Notes: generated by a model not told the origin, from the letters alone. Counted from the first letter of the stretch, positions 20,230-30,665 are shown. The stretch is DNA of 64,000 nucleotides from Verrucomicrobiota bacterium (GCA_014382705.1 JACNJE010000080.1:4000-67999), one strand, 5' to 3'. A program made the numbers and translations.

Positions 20230-21111
20230 TCACTCGCCGCGCCACTGGGCCAGGCGCTTGGCCAAGCGGGCCTCGGTCTCGGGCGGGGTGTTGAGATTGG
20301 GCAGATCGGTTTTCAATTGCTCCAGCGTCGGGATTTCGCCCCAAGCGGTGACGCCGAACACCTCCGCCATCGGCTCGCCGCCGAGGCCAAGCTCGCGGTT
20401 GCGCTTGGCGTAGCGGTGCTCGAGCGTCGCTCGCCATTCGTCCTTTGACTTGGGCACGGCCATGTCGTGCCGCCCGACCCAAGGCAGCCACTCGGTCACT
20501 TGCGACTGATGGCACCAGGTCATGTCCACCATCAGCTCGAACGCCGCACTGACGTCCACTCCCAAGTCGAACGAGTTCGCCCCGAACATATACGAATCAT
20601 ATGCGGTGAGGATGACCGGCACCTTGCACGGCCTCGGCTCGCCTTCGTCGGACGGATATTCCGGCGTGAAGGCGTGCGGCACATTGATCATGTAGGCCAC
20701 CTTGCGCACCGCCTCCGCCACGGCGACGTGATCCACGTGCAGCCCGGCGAGGGAGTCGGACGGCACCGGCGGGGCGAACAGGTAATCCGGCTCGAAGTCG
20801 CGGATCGCCTTCCAGAGCGCCGCCAGCAAATCGCTGTCCACCTGCAGGCAAGCTTCGCGCGGCGCCCGGCCGTTGGGCAAAATCAGCGGCTCCACCTCGC
20901 ACTGGGCCAGCTTGGCCGATTCCATCTGCTCGGCCAGCCGGACGCGCGCCGTTTCCTCCCGCGACATCCGGTGATGCCCCGCCGCCCCGTCGGTGCAGAT
21001 GACCAGCCGCGCCCGAAAGTCGCTGCCCAGTCGCCGCCGCCACATCTCGAACGTGCCGGCAGCGGCAAACTCGTAATCGTCAAAATGAGCGTGGACAAAC
21101 AACGCCTTCAT
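20230..21111 (-). CDS. PIG-L/LmbE family deacetylase
   Basis: HAHFDD, TDGAAG, R..EQ, HVDH motifs. Confidence 0.88.
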   Translation of the reverse strand: MKALFVHAHFDDYEFAAAGTFEMWRRRLGSDFRARLVICTDGAAGHHRMSREETARVRLAEQMESAKLAQCEVEPLILPNGRAPREACLQVDSDLLAALWKAIRDFEPDYLFAPPVPSDSLAGLHVDHVAVAEAVRKVAYMINVPHAFTPEYPSDEGEPRPCKVPVILTAYDSYMFGANSFDLGVDVSAAFELMVDMTWCHQSQVTEWLPWVGRHDMAVPKSKDEWRATLEHRYAKRNRELGLGGEPMAEVFGVTAWGEIPTLEQLKTDLPNLNTPPETEARLAKRLAQWRGE

Positions 21112-21168
21112 GGCAGAAAAAAGGAGAGCCAAAAAAAGGCTCCCCTTAAAAATCAATACATGCCCTGA

Positions 21169-21444
21169 TTATTTGTTGGGCAGTTTCGGCGCAGCGATCC
21201 TTTTTTCCTTCGCCTCCTTCGCGTTACCAACGGCTCCGCCCACACCGGCGCCCACCAGGCCACCGACCAGAGCACCCTTGTCGCGCTCGCCGGATTGATG
21301 GCCAATAATGGCCCCTGCCGCCGCACCAAGGACAGCACCTACACCGGCACCCACGGCCGTTTTTTTTCCGGGCTCCGTGGCACAACCACTGACAAGGAGC
21401 ATACCCGTAACCGCCACCAATACCGTTTGTTTTGCGTTAGTCAT
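21169..21444 (-). CDS. Glycine-zipper lipoprotein
   Basis: Lipobox LVSGC; GAGVGAVLGAAAGAIIG...GALVGGLVGAGVGGAVG. Confidence 0.8.
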   Translation of the reverse strand: MTNAKQTVLVAVTGMLLVSGCATEPGKKTAVGAGVGAVLGAAAGAIIGHQSGERDKGALVGGLVGAGVGGAVGNAKEAKEKRIAAPKLPNK

Positions 21445-21688
21445 TTTGTTTCGAGAACCGCGACGAGTCTCCATGGAAATCCTGCTTTCCGCAAGTCGAA
21501 AACCAAGCCTAGCCGAACTTTCCCTGTTCAAGGCCCATCGCTGCAACTTGGCTCAGATGAAACGATTCGGGCTCCGATCATTTTACACAACTCAAGCAGG
21601 ACGGTGGGTTGGCAAAGATTTCACACCACGTCACCAGGCGAGGCAAATCGGCTTGCAAGGCAAGGCTAAAACCGGATGATCGCCCCCC

Positions 21689-22540
21689 ATGTTTTCCAAA
21701 TCACGAATCATCGGCGCCCTGCTCACGGGCACACTATTCCTCAGCTTGGCCGGTGGCGGTCTTCATGCCCACGACGCCGACGATCACGGCGATGCAAAAC
21801 CCAACCAAGACGAATTGACCCGCGTCCTCATTTTTTCAAAAACCGCCTGGTACCGCCATCCAGCCATCCCTGAACTCAACAGTTTTTTGGTGAAACTTGG
21901 CGGTAAATTTGGAGCTCAGTTTGACGTTTCCGAGACGCCCGCCGACTTCTCTCGTCTCGACAAATACCAAGCTGTCATTTTCAACAGCACCACCGACATC
22001 GGTAATTCTCTCGACGAAACGCAGCGCAAACAGCTCAAGGACTGGTACCAAGCCGGCGGCGGAATCATGGCTCTCCACGCGGCGGCCGTACACCACAACA
22101 CCTGGCCTTGGTGGACCAATCTCGTCGGCTGTGACTTCAACAGTGACTCGGATTTCATAAAAGCCAAGCTCATCGTAGATCCGAAACACAAGGATCACCC
22201 CGCCGTGAAAGGCTACGGACCGGAGTTTCACTACACCGCAGACTGGACCAACCACGACAAATCCGTCACCGGCCTGCCCGGCGTGAAGGTGCTGCTTCGA
22301 ATCGACGAAACCAGCTACGATCCGGTGCGTGAATACTTCAAGACCCGCGGCGGAAAACCGATGGGCAAGGATCATCCGGTTAGCTGGATTCGAGCCTTCG
22401 AAGGCGGCCGTTTCTTCTACACCGAGCTTGGCCACGAAGTGAAATCGCTCAACACCAAGTTCGGCCAACAACACCTCATGGAAGGGTTGCGCTGGATCAC
22501 CCGCACCAAGCGATTCAACCGAAACCCAAACAAAAAGTGA
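21689..22540 (+). CDS. ThuA-like (class I glutamine amidotransferase fold) secreted protein
   Basis: Signal peptide; VLIFSKTAWYRH, GGGIMALHAA, DHPVSW, GGRFFYTELGH. Confidence 0.88.
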   Translation: MFSKSRIIGALLTGTLFLSLAGGGLHAHDADDHGDAKPNQDELTRVLIFSKTAWYRHPAIPELNSFLVKLGGKFGAQFDVSETPADFSRLDKYQAVIFNSTTDIGNSLDETQRKQLKDWYQAGGGIMALHAAAVHHNTWPWWTNLVGCDFNSDSDFIKAKLIVDPKHKDHPAVKGYGPEFHYTADWTNHDKSVTGLPGVKVLLRIDETSYDPVREYFKTRGGKPMGKDHPVSWIRAFEGGRFFYTELGHEVKSLNTKFGQQHLMEGLRWITRTKRFNRNPNKK

Positions 22541-25500
22541 TGCTGCAATTTCGCTGCACAACCGTCGCCCTGCTAGCGCTTGGCCAAGCGCTGATGGCTC
22601 AACCCGTCGACAGCCGAGACAAGCCAAGCGGAAAAAGGCCGCCTGCCGAAAACCCTGGCCTTGCCCAGTATGCACTGTTTGAAAAAACGGCACCGCGACC
22701 GAAGACGACCTCGCCGGTCGATACCCAGTTGCCGCTAAAGGTCGAACCGGAAATGAGCATAGCTTTCATCGGGAACACATTGCTGGATCGTTCTCAGGAC
22801 TTTGGCTATCTCGAAACTCTGATTCATCAAGCGTTCCCAAACCATCACCTGACCGTACGCAACCTGGCCTGGTCTGCGGACTCACTCCATCATCAGCCGC
22901 GCCCGGCCAATTTTGCCGATACCGACCAGCACTTGGTTTTCGTAAAGGCCGACATCATTTTTGCCGCGTACGGTTTTAACGAATCGTTTGTCGGCTCGGA
23001 TGGCTTGAAGGATTTCAAAACCAAGCTCACCAAGTTTGTACAGGCGGCCAAGGCTCAGGCATTCAACGGCAAGAAAGGACCGCAATTTGTACTGCTCTCA
23101 CCGATCGCCAACGAAAACATCACCGGTGTCGATGCCGCAAAGAACAACAAAAATATCCGACTCTACACCCGCGCCATACGAAACGTGGCCAAAGCGCAAA
23201 AGGTCGGCTTCATCAATGTTTTCGCTGCCACAAAAAAGGCGATGGAGTCTCCCAAGAGCGACCTCACATTCAACGGCTGCCACTTGAACGATGCCGGGTA
23301 TCAACTGTTTGCCAAATCGGTGTTCGACTCCGCATTCGATCAGAAAACGCCAATCGTCAACGAGGAGATTCGCGCGGTTGTGCTCGAGAAAAACAAACAG
23401 TTTTTCCGCCGCTTTCGACCGGTGAACACGTTTTATTACACTGGCGGACGCAACCGCAGCTACGGCTACCTCGACTTTCTGCCAGCGATGCGTAACTTCG
23501 ACATCATGACCGCCAACCGTGACCAGCGCATCTGGGACATCGCCGAGGGCAAACAGGTCCCTGCAAAGATCAACGACTCAAACGTGCCGCCACTTCCATC
23601 GACCAAACAAAGCCGCGGCGCAAACCGCCTCCTTACCCCCGAAAATGAACTTGGTGAGTTTGAGGTCGATCCGCGCTTCGAGGTGAACCTGTTTGCCAGC
23701 GAGACGGATTTCCCTGACCTGGCCTGCCCAATCCAAATGCGCTGGGACGGCCGCGGCCGGCTGTGGGTCAGTTGCTCGACGACTTATCCGCACGTTTATC
23801 CCGGAAACGAGCCGAACGACAAGTTGATCATCCTCGAGGACACCGACGGTGACGGACGGGCCGACACGTCGAGCGTCTTCGCCGACAATTTGCAAATCCC
23901 GTTGTCGTTCGAGTTCGGCAACGGCGGCGTCTACGTCTCGGAAGAACCGCACTTCACATTCCTGAAAGACACCGACGGCGACGGACGGGCGGACACCCGC
24001 GAGAAACTGCTTACCGGTTTCGGCTGTGAAGACTCGCACCACGCGCTGCACGACTTTGCGTGGACACCGGACGGCGACCTGATTTTCCGCGAAGGGATTT
24101 TTCACCACAGCCAAATTGAGACGCCGTACGGCCCGGTGCGGCAGCAGAACAGCGGCTGGTTCCGCTTCGAGCCGAGGCAGCACCGGCTCACCGCGTTTGG
24201 CACCCACCCGAGCACTAATCCGTGGGGCGTGACCTTCGACGACTGGGGCCAGCACATGGCCAGCTTCCCGATTTACGCGCAGGCGTTCCACGCGCTCGAC
24301 CCGGTTTACCCGGCGCAGCACCCGCGCCCAAACGGTTTGCGCGCCTACTCCGGCACGTGCGGCCAGGAGTTCGTCGATTTCCCCAACTGGCCCGAGGAAA
24401 TGCAGGGGGGCTTCGTGAAGGTGCGCTACAAACCAAGCAATCGCGTCGAGTTCCATCGCTGGCATGAGTCCGATTTCGGCTATGACGAAGAATACGTCAG
24501 CAACATTATTTTCTCGCGCAATCTCAGCTTCATTCCGGTCGATCTGCGGTACGGGCCGGACGGCGCGATGTACGTTTGCGACTGGTACAACCCGGTCAAG
24601 GGCCACGCGCAATACTCCCTGCGCGACGAGCGACGCGACCGGGTGAGCGGCCGCATCTTCCGCATCATGCCCAAGGGGGCCAAGCCGCAGCAGATGCCGC
24701 AGATCGCCGGCGCTCCGCTTGGCCAACTGCTCGACCTCCTCAAGCGCCCGGAATACCGCTACCGCTACTGGGCCAAGCGCGAACTGCGCGACCGCGACCC
24801 GGCCGAGGTCAAGGCCGCGCTCGATGCGTGGGTGGCCAAGCTCGACCCGGCCGACCCTCGGCATCGCCATCACCAAATCGAAGCCGTCTGGCTTTACCGC
24901 GGCATCGACGCCACCAATACGCAATTGCTCGGCGAGTTGCTCGACTGCAACGACCCCCACGCCCGCGCCGCGGCGACGCACCAACTGCGCTACTGGCACG
25001 ACCAATTCAACAACGGCCCGGCGCTCCTCCGCAAACGCGCCAACGACCCAAGCGGCCTCGTGCGCATGGAGGCCGCCATCGCCGCGAGCTACGTCGGCAC
25101 ACCCGCCGCGCTCGACGCGCTGCTCGACACGCTCAAGCACCCGAGCATCGGCCACCTCAGCTACGCCATCCGCACCGCGCTTGGCTCGCGGACGATCGAA
25201 CCGCTGTGGAAAGGCAACGTGGACTTCGCCGCCGCGCACCCGGAATTGCCGAAGTTCATGGCCGCCTTCGACCTCCGCCAGAAAATGTCGCCCAAGCGAA
25301 ACACCTCGGCCAAGGACGCTGAGTTTGATTCGCGCAAAAACCTGAAGATCGTGAAAATCTCAGCGGTGAAGGAGCGGATGCTTTTCGACGTCACCCGGTT
25401 TGAGGTGCGGGCCGGACAGCCGGTTCGCATCGACTTCACCAACCCGGACGCCACCGCGCACAACATCGTGATCGTCGCCCCCGGAGCCGAGGAGGAAATT

Positions 25501-25719
25501 GGCCAAGCGGCCAATGAGATGGCCAAGAATCCAAGGGAAGCCCAGCGCGGCCAATACGTCCCCAAGTCAAAAAAAGTGCTGCACGCCACCCGCATGGTCG
25601 CGCCGCTCTCCGCAGAATCCCTCCGCTTCACAGCACCGAAAAAACCGGGCGACTACCCGTATCTCTGCACTTTCCCCGGCCATTGGATCATCATGAAAGG
25701 CGTCATGGCGGTGAGGTGA
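22537..25719 (+). CDS. PVC-type dehydrogenase-like multidomain protein: SGNH/GDSL - beta-propeller - HEAT - azurin/auracyanin
   Basis: IAFIGNT...RNLAWSAD; VNLFASE, LEDTDGDGRAD x2, GPDGAMYVCDWYN; HEAT repeats; HNIVI...YLCTFPGHWIIM type-1 Cu site. Confidence 0.88.
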   Translation: MMLQFRCTTVALLALGQALMAQPVDSRDKPSGKRPPAENPGLAQYALFEKTAPRPKTTSPVDTQLPLKVEPEMSIAFIGNTLLDRSQDFGYLETLIHQAFPNHHLTVRNLAWSADSLHHQPRPANFADTDQHLVFVKADIIFAAYGFNESFVGSDGLKDFKTKLTKFVQAAKAQAFNGKKGPQFVLLSPIANENITGVDAAKNNKNIRLYTRAIRNVAKAQKVGFINVFAATKKAMESPKSDLTFNGCHLNDAGYQLFAKSVFDSAFDQKTPIVNEEIRAVVLEKNKQFFRRFRPVNTFYYTGGRNRSYGYLDFLPAMRNFDIMTANRDQRIWDIAEGKQVPAKINDSNVPPLPSTKQSRGANRLLTPENELGEFEVDPRFEVNLFASETDFPDLACPIQMRWDGRGRLWVSCSTTYPHVYPGNEPNDKLIILEDTDGDGRADTSSVFADNLQIPLSFEFGNGGVYVSEEPHFTFLKDTDGDGRADTREKLLTGFGCEDSHHALHDFAWTPDGDLIFREGIFHHSQIETPYGPVRQQNSGWFRFEPRQHRLTAFGTHPSTNPWGVTFDDWGQHMASFPIYAQAFHALDPVYPAQHPRPNGLRAYSGTCGQEFVDFPNWPEEMQGGFVKVRYKPSNRVEFHRWHESDFGYDEEYVSNIIFSRNLSFIPVDLRYGPDGAMYVCDWYNPVKGHAQYSLRDERRDRVSGRIFRIMPKGAKPQQMPQIAGAPLGQLLDLLKRPEYRYRYWAKRELRDRDPAEVKAALDAWVAKLDPADPRHRHHQIEAVWLYRGIDATNTQLLGELLDCNDPHARAAATHQLRYWHDQFNNGPALLRKRANDPSGLVRMEAAIAASYVGTPAALDALLDTLKHPSIGHLSYAIRTALGSRTIEPLWKGNVDFAAAHPELPKFMAAFDLRQKMSPKRNTSAKDAEFDSRKNLKIVKISAVKERMLFDVTRFEVRAGQPVRIDFTNPDATAHNIVIVAPGAEEEIGQAANEMAKNPREAQRGQYVPKSKKVLHATRMVAPLSAESLRFTAPKKPGDYPYLCTFPGHWIIMKGVMAVR

Positions 25720-25729
25720 GTAAAGGAGG

Positions 25730-25793
25730 AAGGACGAAAGCGAAGGCTGAAAACCAAGCGCTTGGCCAAGTTTATCCTTCCGCCTTCATTCTT
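25730..25793. terminator. Imperfect inverted repeat between convergent genes, enclosing the iterated palindrome
   Basis: aaggacgaaagcgaaggctgaaa ... tttatccttccgccttcattctt flanking ccaagcgcttggccaag. Confidence 0.4.
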
Positions 25794-26220
25794 TGTTCCC
25801 CCGCCCTTCCCGTTCGTCGATGATGTCGAACGCGGTTTGGAGTTCGGGGCGGTTCTCCAAGCCCTCTTCCTTTTTAAGTTCGTTTACGAAGGAAGTTGCG
25901 AGGTCGCGCCATCCGAGTTTCTCCGAAAACGCATTCCAGATGCGGCGCTGGGCCGGGTTCGGGCGGAGACCGGTGGTGAAGCACCATTCCGCCACCTCAT
26001 CGTCACTCAACCCCTCGGAGATTTTTTGGCGGACATCTTCAAACTTGACCCCGAGAAAACCGCAGAGGAATCCGTCCAGCCCCGCCGACAGCCCAAGGTT
26101 GGGGCGATACTCCTCCGGCAGGCTACCGGCCAAGTCGCATCGCAGCTTGTCCAGCATCCGCCCGAGATGATGCAGGCCACCCAGCTTGGCGCGCGGGGAT
26201 CGGAACGGCGGATCGATCAC
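25786..26220 (-). CDS. DUF5069 domain protein
   Basis: RSPRAKLGGLHHLGRMLDKLR...LPEEY...LDGFLCGFLGV; C-terminal FDIIDEREGR. Confidence 0.8.
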   Translation of the reverse strand: MIDPPFRSPRAKLGGLHHLGRMLDKLRCDLAGSLPEEYRPNLGLSAGLDGFLCGFLGVKFEDVRQKISEGLSDDEVAEWCFTTGLRPNPAQRRIWNAFSEKLGWRDLATSFVNELKKEEGLENRPELQTAFDIIDEREGRGNKE

Positions 26221-26242
26221 GGGACAAGTTTCAGCATTGAAA

Positions 26243-26989
26243 TCACTTCGGATCTGGGGCGGCGAGGAGTGCCTCCACTTTGCCCTCGAGGTCGGCGCGT
26301 GCGTTTAGGTCAGCGAGATTACCCTGCTTGTCCACCAGCCACATGGCCGGGATGCTGCGGATGCCGTGCGCGGTCGAGATGCTGTTCTTCCACCCTTTGC
26401 CGTCGAAGAATTGCGGCCACGGCATTTTCTCCTTCTTGACGAACTTGCGCAGCGCACTTTCCTTGCTGTCGAGCGAGATGCCGATGATCTCAAATCCTTT
26501 CGGGTGCAACTTGTCGTAGGCGCGCTTGACGTTGGGCAGCTCGGCCACGCACGGGCCGCACCACGTCGCCCAGAAATCGATCAACACCACTTTGCCCTTC
26601 ATTTTTGACACGTTGACCTTTTTGCCGTCGATGGAGGTGAACTTGATGTCCACCGGCTTGCCGATCCGGGCGTCCGCCTTCGGCTTGGCCGCGGCCAGCC
26701 GGACACTCTTGCCGGTGATGTCCTTGATGATCGCCTTGATCAGCGGGATGCTCTTGCCGCAGGTCTGGTCGTCGTTACGGCACTCGGCAACGGTCATCTT
26801 GCAGCCGCAGTCGCACCCTTCCGCATTGGCGCGCTTCATGATTTCGGCCTGCTGTTTCTCGCTGAACTGCGTCAGGTCGATGGACGGTATTTTCTCGTAT
26901 GCCGTTGGCTTGCGATCAGATTGCGCCTGCGGCGCGACAGTGCCGACCAGCAAGACGGCGGCGATGGACAGGATGGATAGTGATTTCAT
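26243..26989 (-). CDS. TlpA/ResA-family thiol-disulfide oxidoreductase with N-terminal Cys-rich domain
   Basis: Signal peptide; GKVVLIDFWATWCGPC; IPAMWLVDKQG. Confidence 0.9.
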   Translation of the reverse strand: MKSLSILSIAAVLLVGTVAPQAQSDRKPTAYEKIPSIDLTQFSEKQQAEIMKRANAEGCDCGCKMTVAECRNDDQTCGKSIPLIKAIIKDITGKSVRLAAAKPKADARIGKPVDIKFTSIDGKKVNVSKMKGKVVLIDFWATWCGPCVAELPNVKRAYDKLHPKGFEIIGISLDSKESALRKFVKKEKMPWPQFFDGKGWKNSISTAHGIRSIPAMWLVDKQGNLADLNARADLEGKVEALLAAPDPK

Positions 26990-27060
26990 AACCTGGAAAG
27001 TTTCATCGACCACGCCACCGGTGGCAAGCTTTATTGTGCTCGAAATATCTGGCCCCGCGA

Positions 27061-29019
27061 TCAACGGCGGCGGCCTCGGGGGGCGGGCATCGACTTGATG
27101 AATCCCTCAATGACCTTGGTAATCTCTGCCGAACTCAGCGTTCCGTCGCTGTTTTTGTCACCATCGGCGGCCCATTTTTTGGCGGCGGACTGAACCTCCC
27201 CGGCGGTGATTTCCCGGTCGCCGTCGGAGTCGGCCGCATAGCTGAACGCCCGGGCGACCACGGCACCAGCCCCGGTGGGCGGCCGGCCGCCTCGCCGCTG
27301 GCCGCCGCGTTCCGGCGCACCACCGGGACGGCCGCCGCGCGCGCCAGGTTGTTCGCCGAGCAGTTTGGCAAAGCCCTGAGTCAGGTCGCCCCGGCTGGCG
27401 GCCGGTTCATCCCGGCTCCACCCCGCGTGCAACTCCGCCCAAGCCGACTCGAATCTGCCCTTGGCCAAGCCGGACCCGGCCTTGGCATGGGCGAGGAATT
27501 TCTCCGCAACGCGCTTGGCCAAGACGGGCGCATCGACTGCCGGTTGGCCACCACCCCCGGACGGACGGCGCCCCCCGCCACCGGGGCGGCCGCCGCGACT
27601 CCGCATCAACCGGGCCACCCCCTCGTCGGTTTCGCCATACTCGATTCGCGCCTTGGCCAGGGCCGCCTTGAGTTCGTCAATCCGCTTGGCGTGCTCGGGT
27701 CGCTTGGCCAAGTCGTTCAATTCGTGGGGGTCGTTTTTCAGGTCGTACAACGCCACGCGGTTTTCTCGCATGCGATGAAACAGTTTCCAGCGATCGTCGC
27801 GGATCGTGCGTTGGTTCTCCATGTACGCGGTGAACAGATAGTCGCGCACTTTTTCGGTTTTGCCGTGGATAATCCCGGACAAGTTCTTGCCCTCGACCCC
27901 GTCCGGTGTGGGCAGCCCGGCGAGGCCGCACAGCGACGGGTAAATGTCGTAAAGATAAACCAACGCGTCCGATGAGCCCTTGGGAACGGTGGCCCCGCTG
28001 AACACCATCTGCACCCGCGAGGTGTGCTCGTAGGCGTTATTCTTGCCGCTCGCACCGTGGCTGCTTTTTGACATGCCGTGATCAGTGGCCAGAAGCACAA
28101 TGGTGTTGTCGGCCTGGCCGGTGTGTTCCAGCGACTGCAGCACCCGGCCGATGTGATGGTCGAGGTGCGAGATCAGCCCGTAATATTTCGCGTAATCCTC
28201 TTTGGCGCGCTCCACCGGCGAGGCGTCATCATCGCCACCACGCCCACGGCCACCACGCCCACGGCCACCACGGCCCCCGCCTCGTCGGCTACCGCCCCGC
28301 TCCGACTCTGCCAAGTCCGGCCGCAACGCCGAGTGGTTGGGGGGCAGTGTGATTTTTTTCGGGTCGTACATCGTGGCCCATTTGCCCGGGGGCGTCACCG
28401 GCGAGTGCGGTGCGGTGAACGGGATGTAACAAAAAAACGGCTGGTCGGATTTCTCCCGGCTCTCAATGTACTCAATTGCCGCGTTGGCAAACAATTCCGT
28501 TGAGAAGGATTCACCGGAATCATACGGCACCATCAACCCGGCGATCATGCGATGCACCGGCACACCGATATGCGAACCGGCCGCCCCACCAAAAAACACC
28601 GCCTCTGCATCATCAAAACTGTTCTCAAAAGACAACTCGCCGTTGTGCCACTTGCCAGTGGCGAAGGTGTGATAGCCGCCTTTCCGCAACGCCTGAGGGA
28701 GGATCGTACCGGAGTCTAGACGCATTGGCGCGCGAAACAGCGGCTTGCCGCTCATCAGCATCGCGCGACTGGGCAGGCAGGTCGCAAAGGTCATCGAGCC
28801 CTGGATATACGCCTGCCTGAAAACAAAGCCGTTGTGAAACAGACGATCCATGTTGGGCGTCTTCACGTCGGGGTTGCCCACCGCACCAAATGCGTCCGGG
28901 CGCTGGTCGTCAGTAAAGATGAATACCACGTTGGGCCGCTTGATTGCAGCGCTTGGCCAAGCGATCACGGTGGCCAACGCAAAAAGAAGAGTCACGGTTC
29001 GAACTTTCATCTCAGGCAA
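27061..29019 (-). CDS. Formylglycine-dependent sulfatase with Arg/Gly-rich inserts and EF-hand-like C-terminus
   Basis: RPNVVFIFTDDQ, CLPSR (CxPxR), GKWH, TDHG, LYDLKNDPHE; DSDGDREIT and DKNSDGTLS. Confidence 0.9.
   Translation of the reverse strand: MPEMKVRTVTLLFALATVIAWPSAAIKRPNVVFIFTDDQRPDAFGAVGNPDVKTPNMDRLFHNGFVFRQAYIQGSMTFATCLPSRAMLMSGKPLFRAPMRLDSGTILPQALRKGGYHTFATGKWHNGELSFENSFDDAEAVFFGGAAGSHIGVPVHRMIAGLMVPYDSGESFSTELFANAAIEYIESREKSDQPFFCYIPFTAPHSPVTPPGKWATMYDPKKITLPPNHSALRPDLAESERGGSRRGGGRGGRGRGGRGRGGDDDASPVERAKEDYAKYYGLISHLDHHIGRVLQSLEHTGQADNTIVLLATDHGMSKSSHGASGKNNAYEHTSRVQMVFSGATVPKGSSDALVYLYDIYPSLCGLAGLPTPDGVEGKNLSGIIHGKTEKVRDYLFTAYMENQRTIRDDRWKLFHRMRENRVALYDLKNDPHELNDLAKRPEHAKRIDELKAALAKARIEYGETDEGVARLMRSRGGRPGGGGRRPSGGGGQPAVDAPVLAKRVAEKFLAHAKAGSGLAKGRFESAWAELHAGWSRDEPAASRGDLTQGFAKLLGEQPGARGGRPGGAPERGGQRRGGRPPTGAGAVVARAFSYAADSDGDREITAGEVQSAAKKWAADGDKNSDGTLSSAEITKVIEGFIKSMPAPRGRRR
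28234..28278. repeat. 15-bp tandem repeat (~2.6 copies) encoding RGRGG
   Basis: gccaccacgcccacg gccaccacgcccacg gccaccacg. Confidence 0.75.
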
Positions 29020-29060
29020 TTAAAAACGGCCAGCGCCGGGAAAAGTTACAAATAACGCCG

Positions 29061-30665
29061 CTACCGGCGTTTGGGCGTTTCGGCCACGTACGGCGGCTTG
29101 TCGAAGGTGGAACCGTCGCCAAGCACGCGCGGGTCACGCGCCTTTTTCAGTCGGCTCATGAGTTGGCGATTGAGCGTTCGCTTGGCAGCGGCGTATTTTT
29201 TGTCATTGGCCACGTTCTTGATTTGGTCGGGATCGTCGGCCAACACATACAACTCCTCGCGTGGGCGTTTGGCGAAGGCGTAGTGGTAATGCCACTTCCA
29301 TTTTTCGTCGTTACGCCGCTCGATGATCCACGCCTTGGTCGGACTGGCATCGAGGTCACCGTAGGTGGCGAACGTGTTGTTTTCCAGCGTCTTGAAATCC
29401 GGCGCGCTGTCGGCGGTGATGTTGTACGGGTTGCCCATCGGCCAGCGATCCGGCGCGAAATTGATGATGTACAGGTACTCCGCCGTGCGCAGTGCTCGTT
29501 GCGGATACGGCAGATGCCCCTCGCGCGCCTTGGCCACGTGCCGCTCGCGCCCGGTGATCACCCAATTGCGTTTATTGTCGACCAAGCCCTCTTTTCCCGT
29601 TTTCAACACTGGCACGATGCTGCGGCCGGTCATGACCTTGGGCCGCTTGACGCCACCGATCTCGAGGAACGTCGGCGCCAAGTCCATCAAGTTCACGAAG
29701 TCGTCCACCACACGGCCTCCGGGTTGGCCAGGCCACCAGATGGCCAAAGGCACCTGCACACCGAAGTCGTACAGGTTACATTTACCGCCGGGAAAACCGG
29801 GGGCACCGTGGTCGCCGCTGATGATCACCACGGTGTTGTCCAATTCGCCCACCGCCTCGAGCCGCTTGAGAATCAGGCCCAGCGCGGTGTCGAACGCCTG
29901 CACCTCTCCGAGGTAATCGGCAAAATCCTGACGCACTTCGTGCACGTCCGGCAGAAACTTGGGCAGCTTGCCCTTTAGATCATCCGGCTCGATGCCCCAA
30001 AGATCCTTACCCGATCCTTTGATCCACTTGCGGTGAACCAGCGTCGGGCCGAACCAGTAACAAAACGGTTCGTTCCCATCGCGCGCCTCAAGGAACGAGT
30101 TAAAATTCCCCATTACCTCGTCGTAGAGCGTCTGTTTGGACGCCTCCACAGTCGAGCCACCTTCGATGCGCCGGGTCACTGTTTGGGAAAAACCGTTGAA
30201 CCGGCTGCCGCTTTTCTCGTAGCCATGTTTGCCCGCGCCGAACGGGGCATCCCTCGGCGTGCCGGGCGTCCAGACCTTGTATGTCTCGCCGATGTGATAA
30301 CCGGCGTCGCGCAGCATCAACGGAAAAACGGGGATTGACGGATCCCACTTGGCCCCCTGCAGGATCGCCCCCATGCCGGTACGAAAAAAGTATTGGCCGG
30401 AGAGCAGCGAACTGCGGCATGGCGTACACGACGGCGCGGTGACAAAGGCATGCTTGAACAACACTCCGTTGTCGGCGATGCGATCGAACACCGGCGTCTT
30501 GACAACCGAGTTCGCGCTTGGCCGCGTCTCCACCTTGGCATACGCGCTGGCGTACTTGCCCCAGTCGTCGGCAAAGGCAAACAGGATATTCGGGCGCTTC
30601 TCCTTGGCCAAGCCGGCCAACGGCAGCAGCACACTCAAGGTAAAAAACAGAATGCTTTTTTTCAT
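29061..30665 (-). CDS. Sulfatase (sulfamidase-like)
   Basis: Signal peptide; [37 protein letters not shown]. Confidence 0.92.
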   Translation of the reverse strand: MKKSILFFTLSVLLPLAGLAKEKRPNILFAFADDWGKYASAYAKVETRPSANSVVKTPVFDRIADNGVLFKHAFVTAPSCTPCRSSLLSGQYFFRTGMGAILQGAKWDPSIPVFPLMLRDAGYHIGETYKVWTPGTPRDAPFGAGKHGYEKSGSRFNGFSQTVTRRIEGGSTVEASKQTLYDEVMGNFNSFLEARDGNEPFCYWFGPTLVHRKWIKGSGKDLWGIEPDDLKGKLPKFLPDVHEVRQDFADYLGEVQAFDTALGLILKRLEAVGELDNTVVIISGDHGAPGFPGGKCNLYDFGVQVPLAIWWPGQPGGRVVDDFVNLMDLAPTFLEIGGVKRPKVMTGRSIVPVLKTGKEGLVDNKRNWVITGRERHVAKAREGHLPYPQRALRTAEYLYIINFAPDRWPMGNPYNITADSAPDFKTLENNTFATYGDLDASPTKAWIIERRNDEKWKWHYHYAFAKRPREELYVLADDPDQIKNVANDKKYAAAKRTLNRQLMSRLKKARDPRVLGDGSTFDKPPYVAETPKRR

